From the NCBI GenBank assembly GCA_002269645.1, contig NIVC01000501.1, positions 124,001 to 188,000 of the forward strand: DNA of 64,000 nt, written 5' to 3'. Under the pieces are notes generated by a model that worked only from the letters and a program-made list of their open reading frames with translations, was not told the DNA's origin and did not search any database. Of this stretch, positions 48,301 through 59,633 are shown in pieces (the first letter of the stretch is position 1; each line of letters opens with the position of its first letter). A program made the position numbers and the translations under genes. This stretch comes from Macrostomum lignano (lineage: Eukaryota).

Positions 48301-49210
48301 CTCCCAGATCCTCAGTTTCTAAGCCAGCCTCCCAGATCCTCAGTTGCTAAGCCAGCCTCCCAGATCCTCAGTTGCTAAGCCAGCCTCCCAGATCCTCAGT
48401 TGCTAAGCCAGCCTCCCAGATCCTCAGTTGCTAAGCCAGCCTCCCAGATCCTCAGTTGCTAAGCCAGCCTCCCAGATCCTCAGTTGCTAAGCCAGCCTCC
48501 CAGATCCTCAGTTGCTAAGCCAGTCTCCCAGATCCTCAGTTGCTGGGCCTTCTTATCAATGCCTCAGTTACCTAGTGCCAGCGTCAGTTGTAAAGCAGAG
48601 CACATTGCACTCTCTGCCAAGTCCTTACGCGGTTCAAACCGACCAGCCTGCCTCCCTGTCTTCAGAGAAAATCGGCTCCGATAACGTTGGCCACCGCCTG
48701 CTCAAAGGCATGGGTTGGTCGGGTGTCGGCGGCATCGGTAAGCGGCTTGAGGGTCGCGCTGAACCCGTCGCCAACGACGTCCGCATCGTCAGCCGGGCGG
48801 GTTTGGGCGCCGATTCTGCAAGCGGCGGCTCCGGCGCCACTGGCGCCGTTTCAGCCAGCTTCCAAACCGGCGTCGGCCGAGTCTTGCGCGATTTCCAACG
48901 CGATCCAACCGATCGCGACGATCTGTTCTTTGCGTCGGATTTCACCAACGAGGAGCGCCGATACGTGCAATCGCAGTGCCTCAGGCTGGGCCTGGCCAGC
49001 CGGTCCTATAGCGGCGACAATGACACCCGCTGTTTAGTTGTCAGCCGGAAGCGGAGCGCTAAAGAATTAGTAGAATTTGTGCGTAGAAATGGTGGCGCTA
49101 CGGTTCGATATCGGCTAGCTGCGCCGGGTCTGTCGCGGGAAGCTGGAGATGAGGCTGGCAATGATGGCGATGGCGGCGGAGCTGGAGAGGCTACTGTCAC
49201 CGCAGAATAG
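45379..49210 (+). CDS. NKRF: NF-kappaB-repressing factor / CARF-like protein: XTBD, dsRBD-like, G-patch, R3H; 4 exons
   Basis: Exons 45379-45567 (GC donor AG|GCGAGT), 46094-46187, 46641-47351, about 48576-49210; phases 0,1,1. XTBD (LRKEFENPTEWKRRQAFL...LSHCYVN..LHGAVYPERVMDEV), G-patch (DNVGHRLLKGMGWSGVGGIGK), R3H (FTNEERRYVQSQCLRLGLASRS..LVVSRK). The last acceptor has in-phase alternatives at 48582 and 48588. Confidence 0.9.
45709..46015 (+). mobile_element. tRNA-derived SINE, apparently full length, in NKRF intron 1
   Basis: Pol III A box TGGCCCAGTGG (45716), B box GGTTCGATTTCC (45760), central GTGTCCTTGAGCAAGACACTTAAC...CAGTTCACCCA segment resembling conserved metazoan SINE core domains, structured 3' part shared with 15700-15860, AAT tail. 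Confidence 0.85.
47437..48550. repeat. 28-bp minisatellite family A (inverted), about 40 copies, NKRF intron 3
   Basis: CCTCCCAGATCCTCAGTTGCT(GG/AA)GCCAG is the reverse complement of the 1364-1975 unit. Confidence 0.97.
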
Positions 49211-49254
49211 CTATGCAGTGTGATTTTATTCGTAAATTTTATTACTTTGATTGC

Positions 49255-49690
49255 AGGTTCCTGTCTGGAAGTAGATTTTTCGTTTTAAACGAGTTCCCTA
49301 CCGGAAGTAGGTTTTTGGTTTTCAGTGAGTTCCCTACCGGATGTAGGTTTTTGGTATTCAGGGAGTTCCCTACCGGATGTAGGCTTTTAGCTTTCTGTGA
49401 GTTCCCTACCGGATGTAGGTTTTTGGCTTTCTGTGAGTTCCCTACCGGATGTAGGTTTTTGGCTTTCTGTGAGTTCCCTACCGGATGTAGGCTTTTAGCT
49501 TTCTGTGAGTTCCCTACCGGATGTAGGCTTTTAGCTTTCTGTGAGTTCCCTACTGGAAGTAGGTTTTTGGCTTACTGTGAGTTCCCTACCGGAAGTAGGT
49601 TTTAGCTTTCTGAGTTCCCGACCGGAAGTAGGTTTTGGTTTTCAGTGCGTTACAGACTGGAAGTAGGTTATTAGGTTTTTAGTGAGCACC
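49255..49690. repeat. 36-bp minisatellite (GAGTTCCCTACCGGATGTAGGTTTTTGGCTTTCTGT), about 12 copies
   Basis: 12-codon periodicity in the EFPTGCRFLAFC pseudo-ORF. Confidence 0.95.
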
Positions 49691-50184
49691 CTCCCGGAAG
49701 TTGATTTCGAAATATTTGTTTTTGTTTCGTGACCAGAACGAGTAGGTTGTTCAGTAAACACAAGCGTATCAATGAGTTCCTAAATATAATTTGATTGCTA
49801 ACTGTATATACGTTTTCCACTGTATGCTGATTTAACATTGAAAGGAATCCGTTTCATAGCGTAAGTTGTTTCCTTAGTGATAATTGGGTTCCAGACCAGA
49901 AGTAAGTTAAGTTGTTCACTTTAAATTAAACAAGGCTTGCATATTTGAGCTTAGTTACGAATCCCATGCTTTGGGGTTCAATACTTTTATTTGCTCCGCC
50001 AAAACATCATCTTAACTTACTTAATTATCATTGTATATTAAAATGGCATTTTATTGTATAGCCACTGCCTATTTTGTGTTTGATTTGTTCCATTAAATAA
50101 ACACACTTAAGGAACTGGTGTATTTATAATTGTTTCCTTTTCTTCTTTTTTAATTGGTATTATACGTGGAAATTCTGATACTAA

Positions 50185-50264
50185 AACAGACAGACAGATG
50201 GGCGGGCAGACAGACAGACAGACAGATAGACAGACGGACAGACAGACGACAGGCAGGCAGATGG

Positions 50265-50298
<34 letters not shown>

Positions 50299-50665
50299 AG
50301 ATAGACAGATAGACAGACGGACAGACAGACAGACAGATAGACAGATAGACAGACGGACAGACAGACAGATAGACAGATAGACAGACGGACAGACAGACGA
50401 CAGGCAGGCAGATGGACAGACGGACAGACAGACAGATAGACAGACAGGCAGACAGGCAGAAAGACAGATAGACAGACAGACAGACAGACAGACAGGCAGA
50501 AAGACAGATAGACAGACGGACAGACAGACAGACAGTCAGAAAGACAGACAGGCGGGCAGGCAGGAAGACAGACAGAGAGACAGACAGGCAGGTAGACAGA
50601 CAGGCGGGCAGGTAGACAGATAGGCGGGCAGGCAGACAGACAGACAGGCAGGCACTGTGACACAG
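50185..50665. repeat. (GACA/GATA/GGCA)n microsatellite
   Basis: Direct reading. Confidence 0.95.
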
Positions 50666-50789
50666 ACAAGTACCCTTGTCTTTATGTAAGCAACATAATA
50701 GTTACAATAGACATTAGAAAAAAGACACATTAGAGATTTGGATAAGTGAATATAAATTAATGTAATTTTGCAGCGAACCTCATAAAAGC

Positions 50790-51340
50790 ATGCGCAACTG
50801 CATCATATTTTGCGGAGGCAGCGGCAGCAACCCTGCCTCCTTCTGCCCTGTGAATGGCTGCCTTTTCACCCTGGCAACCGGGTCCGTACTGCTCAGCCTG
50901 GTTGCTATGCTGCACGGCTACCTATTTTGCCTGCCATTCTCTCAGTTCGTCTATCCATTGGAACTGGACTTCAATCGCTTGGTATTGGAGCTGGAATCGA
51001 CCCCAACTGCCAGCAATGTGAGCTGGGCTGTCCCTATCAATAATAAAAAATTTCCTGCTTTGCATCCGAATTCAAATCGGTGTGCAAATTTCGAGGTCGG
51101 CGAAGGTTCCAAATATCGGCTGTTAATGCTGATTAAAAGTGCCCTGCCAAATTTTGCTTTTCGACAAGCGTTGCGAGCGACTTGGGCGAATGAAATGAAC
51201 ACGGCAACCGTGCAGATAGGCTATGCCTTTGTTCTCGGCGGAACTCACAATTCTACCGCTCAGGTGACGGCCTTGACTGGCTTTTTATTTACTACGCTTG
51301 TCTTTAGTGTTTGGCATTGATACAAGCAACCTGGTTAGTG

Positions 51341-51401
<61 letters not shown>

Positions 51402-53120
51402 ATAGATAGATTAAATAGGAGTAGATAGAGTCGCAGACAATAGGACGCCTCTCAAACGACTCTAGGACGCTTCTTGGCCTAGGTATCATTTTCATCGAGT
51501 CTGTTGTACGCGACCACCGCATGTAACTCGTGAGCATAAATGCACAACAGGCCCGTGACTGCCCTTTCTCCTACCTCCAGGCGGCCGTGGATCGCGAGCA
51601 GATCACCTACGGCGATCTGATCCAGCAGGCATTCGTAGACGCGTACTTCAACAACACCTACAAGCTGATGTTCGCCATAGACTGGGCCGCCGCCAGCTGT
51701 CCCGGGGCGGATTTTATTCTGTTTGCCGATGACGATTACTATGTCAGCACGTACAATCTTGTCAACTTGCTGGGCCAGCTGCAGGCCAACGGCTACACGG
51801 CTGAGTCGCTGCTAGTCACTGGTCACGTGTTCTCTTCGCCCGTGCCCAAGAGGAATCTGTTTAACAAATGGTACACCTCGCTTGCCGAGTATCCGTACAC
51901 TTTCTGGCCGCCCTATCCTACTGGGGGCGCGTTTCTGGTGTCCAATAGGCTGTGCAAGCAGCTCAGCTTGGCTCAGCGATATGTCAGGTCTGTTTTTTGG
52001 CGCCTCTAGTAGACTTGATAGAGAATTCTACGAGTAGTATTGGCAACTAGCCAAATTCTCGAGGATGGATATTTCCTAGGCTACGTTTGAAAAGCAGAAA
52101 TTTGTTCTCTTAACTCTAAGTCTAAGATTGCTATCTATGCTGCAAACAATAACAAACTAACAATTCTATCATATCGATTTATATGCCACTTTTATTACAC
52201 TTACAAAATCATTCGTTGAAATTGGCAACTGGCACAGGGAAAATCCAATTGCCAATAAGATTTTCTAGGGGCCAAAAAACCCCGTCCCCCCGTATGGCCC
52301 AAAAAACCCAGTACGGAAGTAGGGTTGGCAGAGAAGTAGAGTAGGCAGATAATTAGAGTGAGTAGAGTAGTGGAGTTGGTAGGGAAGTAGAGTAGGTAGG
52401 GAAGTGGAGTAGTTAGGGAAGTGGAGTAGTTAGGGAAGTAGAGTAGGTAAGGAAGTGGAGTGGGTAGAGAAGTAGAGTAGGTAGGGAAGTGGAGTGGGTA
52501 GGGAAGTGGAGTAGGTAAGGAAGTGGAGTGGGTAGAGAAGTAGAGTAGGTAGGGAAGTGGAGTGGGTAGGGAAGTGGAGTAGGTAAGGAAGTGGAGTGGG
52601 TAGAGAAGTAGAGTACATGTAGGTATTGAAGTACAGCCAATAGAGACTTAGAATAATTATAGACAGTGTGGAGTGAGTTAAGAACAGAAGTAGAATGGGA
52701 GAAGTAGCGTGGTAGAATGAGCAGTCGTGGAAAAGTTGGGGGAACGGGATTTGATTAAGCGTGTGGGAGTCCCATCAGAGAAAATAGGGCCTACAGTTGT
52801 AGATTAATTAACTTATAAAGCAGGAGACCGACAAGCAGCAACTGGTCACGTGATCACGTTTCAGGTACCTCCGGTTTGACGACGTGTTCCTAGGCATTGT
52901 GCTTTGGAAGCTTGGCGTCAGGCCCATCCACAATGAGCATTTTTACTTGGGCGAGGTGCCGAAACCGTTCAGCCGATCGGTCTACGCCAGCTACACTGCT
53001 GTGCACTTGGACAAAGACCTGGCCGCTCTGGCGCTGATCTGGCGCGCGATGGGATTTCCCGTTAGTCTGGCGCCTACCGTTGATGAAGCCGGATATGAGA
53101 GCTCCGCCGTGGCTCTGTGA
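50790..53120 (+). CDS. GT31 beta-1,3-glycosyltransferase, brainiac/BRE-5-like, about 378 aa, 3 exons
   Basis: Exons 50790-51263, 51581-51987, 52865-53120 (phases 0,2). N-terminal hydrophobic anchor, LIKSA..NFAFRQALRATW, GDLIQQAFVDAYFNNTYK, FADDDYYVS, KWYTS..EYP..FWPPYPTGG, YLRFDDVFLG. Confidence 0.92.
51335..51410. repeat. (GATA)n microsatellite, glycosyltransferase intron 1
   Basis: Direct reading. Confidence 0.95.
52310..52620. repeat. About 17-bp purine-rich minisatellite (GTAGGGAAGTGGAGTGG variants), glycosyltransferase intron 2
   Basis: Repeated GAAGTGGAGT / GAAGTAGAGT units. Confidence 0.9.
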
Positions 53121-53139
53121 TTTCTCAGTGGGGTGTCAT

Positions 53140-53445
53140 CTCGTATTGATTGTCTCATCTCGAAAGCTTGTCTGTCTCATAGTTTATCTCACATTCTGGG
53201 GCTGGTCTCATCTCGAGAGCTTGTCTGTCTCATAGTTTATCTCACATTCTGGGGCTGGTCTCATCTCGAGAGCCTGTCTATCTCATAGTTTATCTCACAT
53301 TCTGGGGCTGGTCTGATCTCGAGAGCCTGTCTGTCTCATAGTTTATCTCACATTCTGGGGCTGGTCTCATCTCGAGAGCCTGTCTATCTCATAGTTTATC
53401 TCACATTCTGGACTGGTCTGATCTCGAGAGCTTGTCTGTCTCATA
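53140..53445. repeat. 53-bp minisatellite, about 5.5 copies, just 3' of the glycosyltransferase stop
   Basis: TCTCATCTCGAGAGC...CACATTCTGGGGCTGG with period 53. Confidence 0.95.
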
Positions 53446-53989
53446 TCCCACATAATAGTGCAATAAAAATAGTTTCGGTTATTAGCAAATGTTTACATAG
53501 TCGATTATTTATTTTCAGTCCAATGGTTGTAATATGTTTTTCGACCTTGCAATAAGTTTTTTTGAATCAGTATTTAATATCAATACCCATTCGGTTTATC
53601 GCAAAATTCTATTTTATTATCGAGTCGCTTTCGCCTTAATTGTTCGATTAATTTAGTAATTATGATTTTGTTTGTTTGTCCAAATCACTACTTGTGCAAG
53701 TATCAGATGCGCTTTTTATTGGCATATTAGCGGGATTTATAGCGAACGCAATGCATTTTCACCTGCTGAGCATAAATTGTTGATTTTTTCAGCATAAGTA
53801 TTACCATCAGTAGTCAGAGGAGACGTCATTCAACTAGTTTACTTGTCAGGCAGACACAAAAAATTTCTTTTATACTCGTACCTACATCTTGCTTTTTCTG
53901 TTGATAATCTTTGCTTGTTTTCTCAATTTTCTTATATTGTTAAAATAATAAACACTCCTCCAACCCACTCAAAACATCCCTCTCCATTG

Positions 53990-55510
53990 AACACATCCAC
54001 CCCACTCCATAGTGTACACACCCTCCGCAGCCGGCCCCACCCCACTCCACAGTGTACACTCACCCTCCTCACCCAACTCCACAGCGTAAAAACACACTCC
54101 TCCCACCCCACTCCACAGTGTACATAACCTCCGCAGCCCGCCCCACCCCACTCCACAGTGTACACTCACCCTCCCCACCCCACTCCACAGTGTACACAAC
54201 CTCCGCGGCCTGCCCCACCCCACTCCACAGTGTACACAACCTCCGCAGCCCGCCCACCCCACTCCACAGTGTACACAACCTCCGCAGCCTGCACCACCCC
54301 ACTCCACAGTGTACACAACCTCCGCAGCCTGCACCATCCCACTCCACAGTGTACATTCACCCTCCCCACCCCACTCCACAGTGTACACAACCTCCGCAGC
54401 CTGCACCACCCCACTCCACAGTGTACACAACCTCCGCAGCCTGCACCACCCCACTCCACAGTGTACACAACCTCCGCAGCCTGCACCATCCCACTCCACA
54501 GTGTACATTCACCCTCCCCACCCCACTCCACAGTGTACACAACCTCCGCAGCCTGCACCACCCCACTCCACAGTGTACACAACCTCCGCAGCCTGCACCA
54601 CCCCACTCCACAGTGTACATTCACCCTCCCCACCCCACTCCACAGTGTACACAACCTCCGCAGCCTGCACCACCCCACTCCACAGTGTACATTCACCCTC
54701 CCCACCCCACTCCACAGTGTACACAACCTCCGCAGCCTGCCCCACCCCACTCCACAGTGTACACAACCTCCGCAGCCCGCCCCACCCCACTCCACAGTGT
54801 ACACAACCTCCGCAGCCTGCACCACCCCACTCCACAGTGTACACAACCTCCGCAGCCTGCACCACCCCACTCCACAGTGTACACAACCTCCGCAGCCTGC
54901 ACCATCCCACTCCACAGTGTACATTCACCCTCCCCACCCCACTCCACAGTGAACACAACCTCCGCAGCCTGCACCATCCCACTCCACAGTGTACACAACC
55001 TCCGCAGCCTGCACCACTCCACTCCACAGTGTACACAACCTCCGCAGCCTGCACCACCCCACTCCACAGTGTACACAACCTCCGCAGCCTGCACCATCCC
55101 ACTCCACAGTGTACATTCACCCTCCCCACCCCACTCCACAGTGTACACAACCTCCGCAGCCTGCACCACCCCACTCCACAGTGTACACAACCTCCGCAGC
55201 CTGCACCACCCCACTCCACAGTGTACACAACCTCCGCAGCCTGCACCACTCCACTCCACAGTGTACACAACCTCCGCAGCCTGCACCACCCCACTCCACA
55301 GTGTACACAACCTCCGCAGCCTGCACCACCCCACTCCACAGTGTACATTCACCCTCCCCACCCCACTCCACAGTGTACACAACCTCCGCAGCCTGCACCA
55401 CCCCACTCCACAGTGTACATTCACCCTCCCCACCCCACTCCACAGTGTACACAACCTCCTCAGCCTGCCCCACCCCAAAGTGTATACACCCCTCCCCAGC
55501 CTGCCCCACC
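53990..55510. repeat. 40-bp / about 34-bp two-unit C-rich minisatellite (CCCCACTCCACAGTGTACACAACCTCCGCAGCCTGCACCA)
   Basis: Two alternating unit types sharing CCCCACTCCACAGTGTACA. Confidence 0.97.
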
Positions 55511-56074
55511 CTAATTCGCCATCAAAAATCGACTATTTTTGTTTTCAAAAATGCGAAATGTTCGCGCACTTTATAGTCCTTAATTTCGCTGCTGATTAGT
55601 TTACGTCTCGTTACCTGCTGTGTGATAGTCTACATTTTTTAAGCATTATGCAGCAATTATTATTATCATATCTATAATCGATTGGCGTTGAGCGAGATGA
55701 TTTATTAGCATATAACCCGCTTACAATTAGAGATAAATTAGGTAGCACTATTTTGTTTAAAATTTAAATTCATGACAATTACAATTCGTTATTGTGTTTC
55801 TTGAAAAGTCTTATTTCAGCTAATTGCTACTGCTGTTGCTTTTGCCTACTTTACAGCTGAGCTTATTGAAGATCGACAATAGGAATAATTAGCTTATTAG
55901 TAAGCGAATGACCTGCTTTAGTTACTGCTTTGCGCGCCAAGCATTCGTGTTTTTGCTGTATTTTTCTAATGATCAATAAATGTTAATTTAAATATGACCC
56001 GCATATATATATTGTAGTTGTCCATTTTTTTAACAATTAAGCAGTGTAATGTTTTAAATTCCTTTTGAGTTGGG

Positions 56075-56360
56075 TGGACTGGAGTGTGTACATTGGGGTT
56101 GCGGCGGTCTGGAGTGTGTACATTGGGGTTGGGGTGGTCTGGTGTGTGTACATGGGAACTGGGGTGGTCTGGTGTGTGTACATTGGGACTGGGGTGGTCT
56201 GGAGTATGTACATTGGGGTTGGGAAGTCTGGAGTGTGTACATTGGGGTTGGGGCGGTCTGGAGCGTGTACATTGGGGTTGGGGCGGTCTGGAGTGTGTAC
56301 ATTGTGGTTGGGGCGGTCTGGAGTGTGTACATTGGGGTTCGGGCGGTCTGGAGCGTGGAG
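56075..56360. repeat. 30-bp minisatellite (GGAGTGTGTACATTGGGGTTGGGGCGGTCT)
   Basis: About 9 copies. Confidence 0.95.
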
Positions 56361-57354
56361 TCTGGTAGTGGGCGACTTGTGTGGAACTTTTACGTAACAA
56401 AAAACAGCAACTGAAATGCAACAAGCAAGCGAGTAGAATTTAGCTTTTCGGCAATATATATGCATAGAATTTACTAAGACATGGCATGTCAATTATATAA
56501 GTAATGTACTTCTTGTCCATATTGAAGTCTATATAATCATCTATGTATTTAGTATAACTCAATGCTTAGGGCTTAACTAAAGGATGCGCATCAACTGATA
56601 AATCACGAGTCCATTATCTGATCAATCCATTAATCAATAAATTAACACGGAGGAAAAATGACTTCACTATACTGCAATCAACCGCGAAAAAGAGGTTAAA
56701 CAGGAACAATTACAGAGTCGGACGCGAGGATTAAGTGGATGGCGGTCAGAGATGGATTGAAAACAGAGCAACAATGACAGATGAAGGTTGCAGCTTGGAT
56801 CGATGAGTCCAGGCGTTTATAATTTTGGAATTACTGCAGTATTGTGTGTGCCGTAGTGTGTATTATTATGCAACAGATCGGGAGGTGGGAGGCTCACGGG
56901 TGGGACTGCAAATCGCACACGAGACAAAAAACTAGTTAGCCAGTAATAGGACAACGAAAGCATCATTGAAACATTTTGAGTCACTGCCTTACAACTGTTA
57001 CTACTACTAGTAATAACGCTAAAAAGTAATAACCAGGAAAAATAAGTTTTTTTATAAGCGACAAATACTAACACTAAAATATTGTCCGTATTTAAGTAGG
57101 AAAACGTTTTTATACTTGTCTGACAGACTACTAACAGTAAATGTAAACAAACGGTGCGTAAAGAGAATTAATATAATTTCAAAAGATATTGGGAGTTTGC
57201 TTTCCTGGATATAACTGCTAAATTAACATAGTGACAGCATTATAAAAGCAAATTATTCCATTGAGTTCTGGACAGGTTGTTCTGAATTAATCACCAGCTT
57301 GTAATGAATTGTGACACCTGCCTATGAAGCGGAGTGAACAATACGATTGGTGAG

Positions 57355-57820
57355 GGGTGTACATTGGGGGCTGGTCAGGGGCGGGTGTACATTGGGGGCT
57401 GACCAGGGGCGAGTGTACATTGGGGGCTGGCCAGGGGCGAGTGTACATTGGGGGCTGGCCAGGGGCGAGTGTACATTGGGGGCTGGCCAGGGGCGAGTGT
57501 ACATTGGGGGCTGGCCAGGGGCGAGTGTACATTGGGGGCTGGCCAGGGGCGAGTGTACATTGGGGGCTGGCCAGGGGCGAGTGTACATTGGGGCTGGCCA
57601 GGGGCGAGTGTACATTGGGGGCTGGCCAGGGGCGAGTGTACATTGGGGGCTGGTCAAGGGGCGAGTGTACATTGGGGGCTGGTCAAGGGGCGAGTGTACA
57701 TGGGGGGCTGGCCAGGGGCGAGTGTACATTGGGGCTGGCCAGGGGCGAGTGTACATTGGGGGCTGGCCAGGGGCGAGTGTACATTGGGGGCTGGTCAAGG
57801 GGCGAGTGTACATTGGGGCG
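57355..57820. repeat. 28-bp minisatellite (GAGTGTACATTGGGGGCTGGCCAGGGGC)
   Basis: About 16 copies. Confidence 0.96.
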
Positions 57821-58203
57821 CCACGATTAAGGTCAGGACCAATGGACCTCAACCTGCATTTGTTAGCAAATTAAATCTCAATGTTATATAAAAGAAGAAC
57901 TTCAAAAGAATCGAGCAATGACTTTCTCAAATAAAACATTCACAACAAAATAGCCGCAGTTTCGCATTGTACACTACTCATATTAGTATTAATAATAACA
58001 TATTATGCCAATAGGTGTGCAAATATTCAACGTTGCATAACTAATACTATTCTACCCTAAATAATTTTTAATAATTTATACTCTCACTAACTGAAAATAT
58101 ACAGTTATTTTTTAAATGTATCCTTATTTAGCAATCTAAACAGGGAGTGAATGTAGTAGTTAAATAAGAAATAATGTAACCCTCTGCTGCTATCGGGGCA
58201 AAT

Positions 58204-59602
58204 CTAGAAAGTGTTCTTCTTGCCAGTCGAGTCCATCATGTTGATGCTGATCTCGTAGAACACGTAGGGATGATAGGCCTGCTGGGTGGGCATGAGGCCG
58301 GTCATCTCCGCGCCGCCCATTTCAACCGGGGTGCCGCCCATGTGGTCCAGGTAGCGATAGGTGCTGGCCAGGGTGTCGCGGAGCTTCTTGGCCGTCTTGC
58401 GGTTCGGCCGCATCAGCACGGGCTGAGGAAGGGATTTGGAATTTTTGGATTTGGGAATGGAATTTAAGTTTCAGGTCAGAGTGGGAATTTGAGGATTAAG
58501 ACTCAAGTGGGATTTAAGGATCGAAAATCAAGTGGGATTTGAGGATCGGGACTCAAGTGGGATTTAAGGAGCGGGACTTAAGTGGGATTTAAGAATCGGG
58601 ACTCAAGTGGGATTTAAGGAGCGGGACTCAAGTGGGATTTAAGAATCGGGACTCAAGTGGGATTTAGGGATCGGGATTTAAGTGGGATTTAAGGGTTAGG
58701 ACTCAAATGGGATTTTAAGGATCGGGACTCAAATGGAATTTAAAGGTTGGGACTCAAGTGGGATTTAAGGGTCCGGGACTCAAGTGGGATTTAAGGGTCC
58801 GGGACTCAAGTGGGATTTAAGGGTCCGGGACTTAAGTGGGATTCGAGGATCGGTGGGAATCAAGTGGGATTTAAGGGTTGGGATTCACGTGGGATTTGAG
58901 GATCGGGAGTCGGGACTCAAGTGGGATTTCAAGATCGGGACTTAAGTGGGATTTAAGAATCGGGACTCAAGTGGGATTTAAGGAGCGGGACTCAAGTGGG
59001 ATTTAAGAATCGGGAGTCAAGTGGGATTTAGGGATCGGGATTTAAGTGGGATTTAAGGGTTAGGACTCAAATGGGATTTTAAGGATCGGGACTCAAATAG
59101 AATTTAAAGGTTGGGACTCAAGTGGGATTTAAGGGTCCGGGACTCAAGTGGGATTCAAGGGTTGGGATTCACGTGGGATTTGAGGATCGGGACTCAATTG
59201 GGATTTCAGGATCGGGATTAAAGTGAGATTTGAGCTCCTGAGCATCAATCTCACCTGGAAATTAACCGGCAGGCCATATCGCAGCACGGACTCAACAAAA
59301 ACTCGCAAAGCTTTGATGTGAACCCAGGCAATGAACGACTCGGAGAAGTTGACGCTTAGCCAGCGAACCAGCGGCGCGTACTGGCGCTGCTTGTCGTCAG
59401 CCAGTCGGGCTCGCTCGTTTTTCGAATCCTGCAAGCTCTTCTCGTCGTAGACAAAATCGCGAACCATAAATTTGTTCTCTCGGCACTTGTGCTTGAAGTC
59501 ATCTTGGCAACGGCGGAACAGGGTCACCGTCACCAGCATGTGGTCTGAGTCCTGCGGGTAGGGCGGGTGTGATTACTTAGTTTAGTTAGTTAGTTAGTTA
59601 GC

Positions 59603-59633
<31 letters not shown>

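Noticed and set aside
41077-57891. IWELNPTLDPIL, HSVHNLRSL, YTVEWGG and MYTRPWPAP ORFs of 100-515 aa
   Set aside because: Stop-free only because the repeat units lack stops; no domain content.
57840-58225. Alternative V-ATPase C ending via a GC donor (ACTG|GCAAGA) to an acceptor at about 57855, giving STG-stop
   Set aside because: Possible on paper, but the unspliced exon already ends normally; no evidence without RNA data.
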